Assembly (NCBI GenBank): GCA_044869275.1
Contig: JBIOXB010000195.1
Span: forward strand, 1-64,000
Source of the DNA: a bacterium
GTDB taxonomy: Bacteria; Zhuqueibacterota; Zhuqueibacteria; Zhuqueibacterales; Zhuqueibacteraceae
Direction of reading: 5' to 3'
DNA: 64,000 nucleotides
The first letter of the stretch is position 1; each line of letters begins with the position of its first letter. The position numbers and the translations under genes were made by a program. Below the pieces are notes generated by a model. That model was given only the letters and a program-made list of their open reading frames with translations. It was not told where the DNA came from and did not search any database. Shown piece by piece: positions 60,625-64,000 of this stretch.

Positions 60625-62526
60625 ATGAAACCTCAGGCGCAAGAGGGCACTATGAATGCGTCGCCAGAACGCAATCCGTTTGTCATCGGACAATGGGTGC
60701 GCGGCGAAAAATTCTTCGGCCGGGAAGAGATTATTGCCGAGCTCTTACAAGGGCCACGCCATGCCGTTTGGGTGGCCGCCTTGCGGCGTATGGGCAAAAC
60801 TTCATTGCTGCGCGAAATGGAACAACGCATTCGGAACGATCCCCACGCAAATCTCTTGCCGCTGTACTGGGATCTCGAAGGCGCCACCAGCGATGAGACT
60901 CTGCGTGAAAGCTTGCTGGCGGCACTCGACGAAATCTCAGGCGTCTTCGCAGTCGAAACAGAATGGGAAGAACTTTCCACTCCGGAGGTGCTCCGAAAAA
61001 TCCAAAAATCAGCGCGGCAAAGAGGCAAAACGCCCCTGCTGCTCTGCGACGAAGTGGAAGCGCTGTTGACGGTGGCAAAGAACGACCCGCATCTGATCGC
61101 GCGTTTGCGGCGCGTAATGCAAGGAGGCGAAAACGTGCGCTGCATCCTTACCGCCACCCGGCGCCTGGCGCGCTTGGAAACATTTGATGCCGCCGAGACC
61201 TCGCCATTTTTGCACGGCTTCGTGCCTCCGCTTTATCTTTCGCCCATGCGCGAGGCAGAAGCGCAGCCGCTGCTCGAACGCGCGGGTTTTTCCCTGCCGG
61301 TGCAAAGAGCCTTGTACGAATTGACCGGCGGCCATCCGTTCCTGTTGCAGGTGCTGGCCAAGCGCAGCCTGGAACTCGGCGGCGTCGAAGCCGCGTTTGA
61401 AAATGTGAAGAACGATGAAACCCTGCAAAACTTCTTCGTCGTGGATTATAATCTGCTACAACCGTTCGAGCAAAGCCTGCTGCGCCGCTGCGCCACCGGC
61501 AAGGTTTCGACCGCGACGACCACCACGGACGAAGGCATGGCAAAGCAAACCTTGTTCGCACTCGGATTGATGGCCGAGCGCGACGGCATGATTTGTCCCC
61601 GCTCCCCTTTGATCAGTTATTGGCTTTCGACCCTCAAAGCCGAACCGGCGACGGGCTTCGTCACCACCGGCACCACAGGTTTTCATACCTTGCAACGCGG
61701 CGAGCGCATCGGCCCTTACGAGATTCTATACGAAATCGCGCGCGGCGGAATGGGCATTGTCTATTGCGGGCGAGACGTTCACCTGCAGCGACTGGCAGCG
61801 ATCAAACTTTTGAATCCGGAGCTGGTGCATGATGAAATCCATCGCACGCGCTTGCTGGCAGAGGCACGTGCGATTTCTCAATTGCATCATCCTCACATCG
61901 CCATCGTTTACTCGGTGGAATTCTTGGGGCAAGTGCCTTGCCTGTGCATGGAGTTTATCGAGGGACAACGGCTGGACGACTGGGCGCAACATCCACCCAA
62001 GAGCCTGAGACAGCGTTTTGAAGTGAGCCAGCAAATCACTTCGGCGCTGGCGGTTGCGCACGGCAGCGGCATCATCCACCGGGATCTGAAGCCGAGCAAC
62101 ATCATCGTGCGTCACGATGGCATCGGCAAACTTCTCGATTTCGGCATCTCCCGCCGACTCAGCGCGGTAACGCGCATCACCAGCACCGGACAGATTCCAG
62201 GCACACTCGCTTACATGTCTCCAGAGCAAGTCAAGAATCTCGATGTGGATGCCCACAGCGACGTGTTCTCCTTCGGCGTCGTGCTGTATGAGTTGTTTAC
62301 CGGGGTTCGCCCTTTTCTGGGCGACAATGAGCTGGCGCTGGCTTATGCCATCGCGAATGATGATCCCGCGCCGCCGTGCGGACGGCAGCCTGCTCTGCCC
62401 AAGCCGCTGGAGGCCGTCATCCTGCGGGCGCTGCAAAAGAATCCAGACGATCGCTTTGCAGAGGGCAACGCGATGTGGCAGGCGTTGCAGGAAGTTGCGG
62501 AATCATTGCCGCCGGAAGCGTCCTGA
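60625..62526 (+). CDS. P-loop ATPase fused to a C-terminal Ser/Thr kinase
   Basis: NPFVIG..FFGR, ALRRMGKTS, LLCDEVE, TGGHPF; then RGGMG, AIK, HRDLKPSN, DFG, YMSPE. Confidence 0.92.
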   Translation: MKPQAQEGTMNASPERNPFVIGQWVRGEKFFGREEIIAELLQGPRHAVWVAALRRMGKTSLLREMEQRIRNDPHANLLPLYWDLEGATSDETLRESLLAALDEISGVFAVETEWEELSTPEVLRKIQKSARQRGKTPLLLCDEVEALLTVAKNDPHLIARLRRVMQGGENVRCILTATRRLARLETFDAAETSPFLHGFVPPLYLSPMREAEAQPLLERAGFSLPVQRALYELTGGHPFLLQVLAKRSLELGGVEAAFENVKNDETLQNFFVVDYNLLQPFEQSLLRRCATGKVSTATTTTDEGMAKQTLFALGLMAERDGMICPRSPLISYWLSTLKAEPATGFVTTGTTGFHTLQRGERIGPYEILYEIARGGMGIVYCGRDVHLQRLAAIKLLNPELVHDEIHRTRLLAEARAISQLHHPHIAIVYSVEFLGQVPCLCMEFIEGQRLDDWAQHPPKSLRQRFEVSQQITSALAVAHGSGIIHRDLKPSNIIVRHDGIGKLLDFGISRRLSAVTRITSTGQIPGTLAYMSPEQVKNLDVDAHSDVFSFGVVLYELFTGVRPFLGDNELALAYAIANDDPAPPCGRQPALPKPLEAVILRALQKNPDDRFAEGNAMWQALQEVAESLPPEAS

Positions 62527-62559
62527 GCTCGAAGGCCGAAATTCGAAAAATGAATGGGA

Positions 62560-64000
62560 ATGATGAACACCAATACCTATAAACTCCTCGCCCGCATTCC
62601 TGCCCTGGATTTTTCGCAGACATTCGCTTTGGAAAAAGGGCGGCGCTATTTGGTGGGGAGCGCGACCATGGAACCCGGCATGCTGGTGATTACGCGCGAT
62701 CGTTCCATGAGCCGGCGCCAAGCGTGGCTGGAAGTCGTGGAGGACACCTTGCGCGTGGAACGGCATCCCCGCGCGAGCCAGAAACTGAATGGGGATGATA
62801 CAATCAATTGCTTGAGCCTGCAATCCGGGGAGTCCTTCACCGTTGGCGTCACCATCTTACAGTTTATCGCAGCGTCTGATGCGTCCATGGCGCCGCACGA
62901 CCAGATCCGTGAGCCTCTGGCGCAGGCTGCCATGGAAGCGACGTTCACGCTTTCCGCACGGGAGTTCTCCGCGGGCCTGCGCGACCAAGGCGTGCGCAGC
63001 TTTTGGGAGGTCATCATGGAAATGCCGGCGCTCATGCAGCAGAACAACACCACTGCGGGTTTTCTTTTGGCTTTGTGCCAGGCATTGCATTCCCATGTTT
63101 CGAGTTTGCAGGTAACGGCCTGGCGTGTGATCGAGACACAAGATCTGCCCGAGCTTTTGCCTTTGCACCATTCTGCCCTCGGCAGCGATGCGAAAGAAGT
63201 GCCCGCTACGGTCGTGCCCAGCCGGCACTTGGTCAAGCAGGCATTTGAAACGGGAGACGATACCGCCGTGGTCAGCGTGTGGAGCCGTCATCGCGCCAAG
63301 CATGCAGAACTCTCACTGCTTTCCTCCGGGGCGGCATGGGCGATGTGCGTCCCCCTCAAGCTCTCCGCGCGCGAGCAGTTTGCGCTTTATGCCACCTCCG
63401 CGGAAGTACGGTCTGGCACCGAGCCGCGCGAGGCGCAGCAATTTCTTGCCGCGTTGGGAGCCATGGCGAAGCAACATTTGCTCGCGGCACAAGCCAAGGA
63501 ACGCTGGGGACAGATCGGGCAGTTTTTCTCGCCGGCTTTGCGCACCATTTTGCTGGGTGACGCGGCGCGTGTGCAAGAAGAGTTAAAGCCTGCCGAGCAC
63601 GAAGCCACGATCTGCTTTTTCGATTTGCGCGGCTCCTCACGCTTGGCGGAGAATGTATACCGCCATGACAGAGACAAATCCACGGTTACCGAATACTTTG
63701 CCCGCCTCGAGAAAATTCTGGGCGAAGCAGCCGACATGGTCTTTCAGACCGGCGGAATCGTCATTGATTTCCAAGGCGACGCCATACTGGCTTGTTGGGG
63801 CGTTCCGCAGCGGCAAGAGGCGGCGGCTTCTGTGCGCCTGGCAAGCCTTGCCAGCCGCCGGATCGTCGAGCTGATGATCGAGCACGAGTGGCCATTGGGT
63901 GATGCCAATTTGCGTTGCGGCATTGGCATCACCAATGGCAAAGTGCTCGCCGGCTTGTTTGCCGCACAAAGCGGTGGCCAGGCTTTGCTCTCGAAATACA
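62560..64000 (+). CDS. FHA-like - GAF-like - class III nucleotidyl cyclase (partial, runs off the window)
   Basis: Manual translation, open to the window end and absent from the ORF track: DRSMSRRQA...GESFTVG; WAMCVPL; TICFFDLRGSS, GGIVIDFQGDAILACWGVP, CGIGITNGKVLAG. Confidence 0.88.
   Translation, partial: MMNTNTYKLLARIPALDFSQTFALEKGRRYLVGSATMEPGMLVITRDRSMSRRQAWLEVVEDTLRVERHPRASQKLNGDDTINCLSLQSGESFTVGVTILQFIAASDASMAPHDQIREPLAQAAMEATFTLSAREFSAGLRDQGVRSFWEVIMEMPALMQQNNTTAGFLLALCQALHSHVSSLQVTAWRVIETQDLPELLPLHHSALGSDAKEVPATVVPSRHLVKQAFETGDDTAVVSVWSRHRAKHAELSLLSSGAAWAMCVPLKLSAREQFALYATSAEVRSGTEPREAQQFLAALGAMAKQHLLAAQAKERWGQIGQFFSPALRTILLGDAARVQEELKPAEHEATICFFDLRGSSRLAENVYRHDRDKSTVTEYFARLEKILGEAADMVFQTGGIVIDFQGDAILACWGVPQRQEAAASVRLASLASRRIVELMIEHEWPLGDANLRCGIGITNGKVLAGLFAAQSGGQALLSKY

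Noticed and set aside
62560..64000. Calling the cyclase locus Pycsar or CBASS
   Set aside because: The FHA-GAF-cyclase architecture differs from PycC, and no cNMP-binding effector or CD-NTase is visible; downstream genes are outside the window

Overview
Bacterial chromosomal window, densely coding. FlgD/T9SS-like C-terminal domains, PorV-like barrels, kinase-TolB-TPR paralogs and intergenic short tandem repeats suggest an FCB-superphylum organism such as candidate division KSB1 (inference only). From left to right: tandem Ser/Thr kinase paralogs around an MNT plus truncated-HEPN remnant; a PLP decarboxylase; a propeller-SpoIIE sensor phosphatase and an ECF sigma factor; ctpA and a cluster of PorV-like barrels with CTD cargo proteins; housekeeping genes (HAD, asparaginase II, pdxJ, aat, pfkA, DtxR); a two-component system with a duplicated operator; a paaABCD-like epoxidase operon interrupted by a subtilase cassette; and a pxpB-pxpC-MFS-pxpA operon. 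The right end holds the best candidate for an undescribed system: a co-oriented trans-envelope signalling or conflict locus (OM barrel, TPR-Ig-TM-ATPase, ATPase-kinase, FHA-GAF-class III cyclase with an atypical specificity residue). Several MITE/REP-like elements are present. I found no rRNA, tRNA, CRISPR array, reverse transcriptase or intact transposase. All calls come from reading motifs by eye; no database searches were run.
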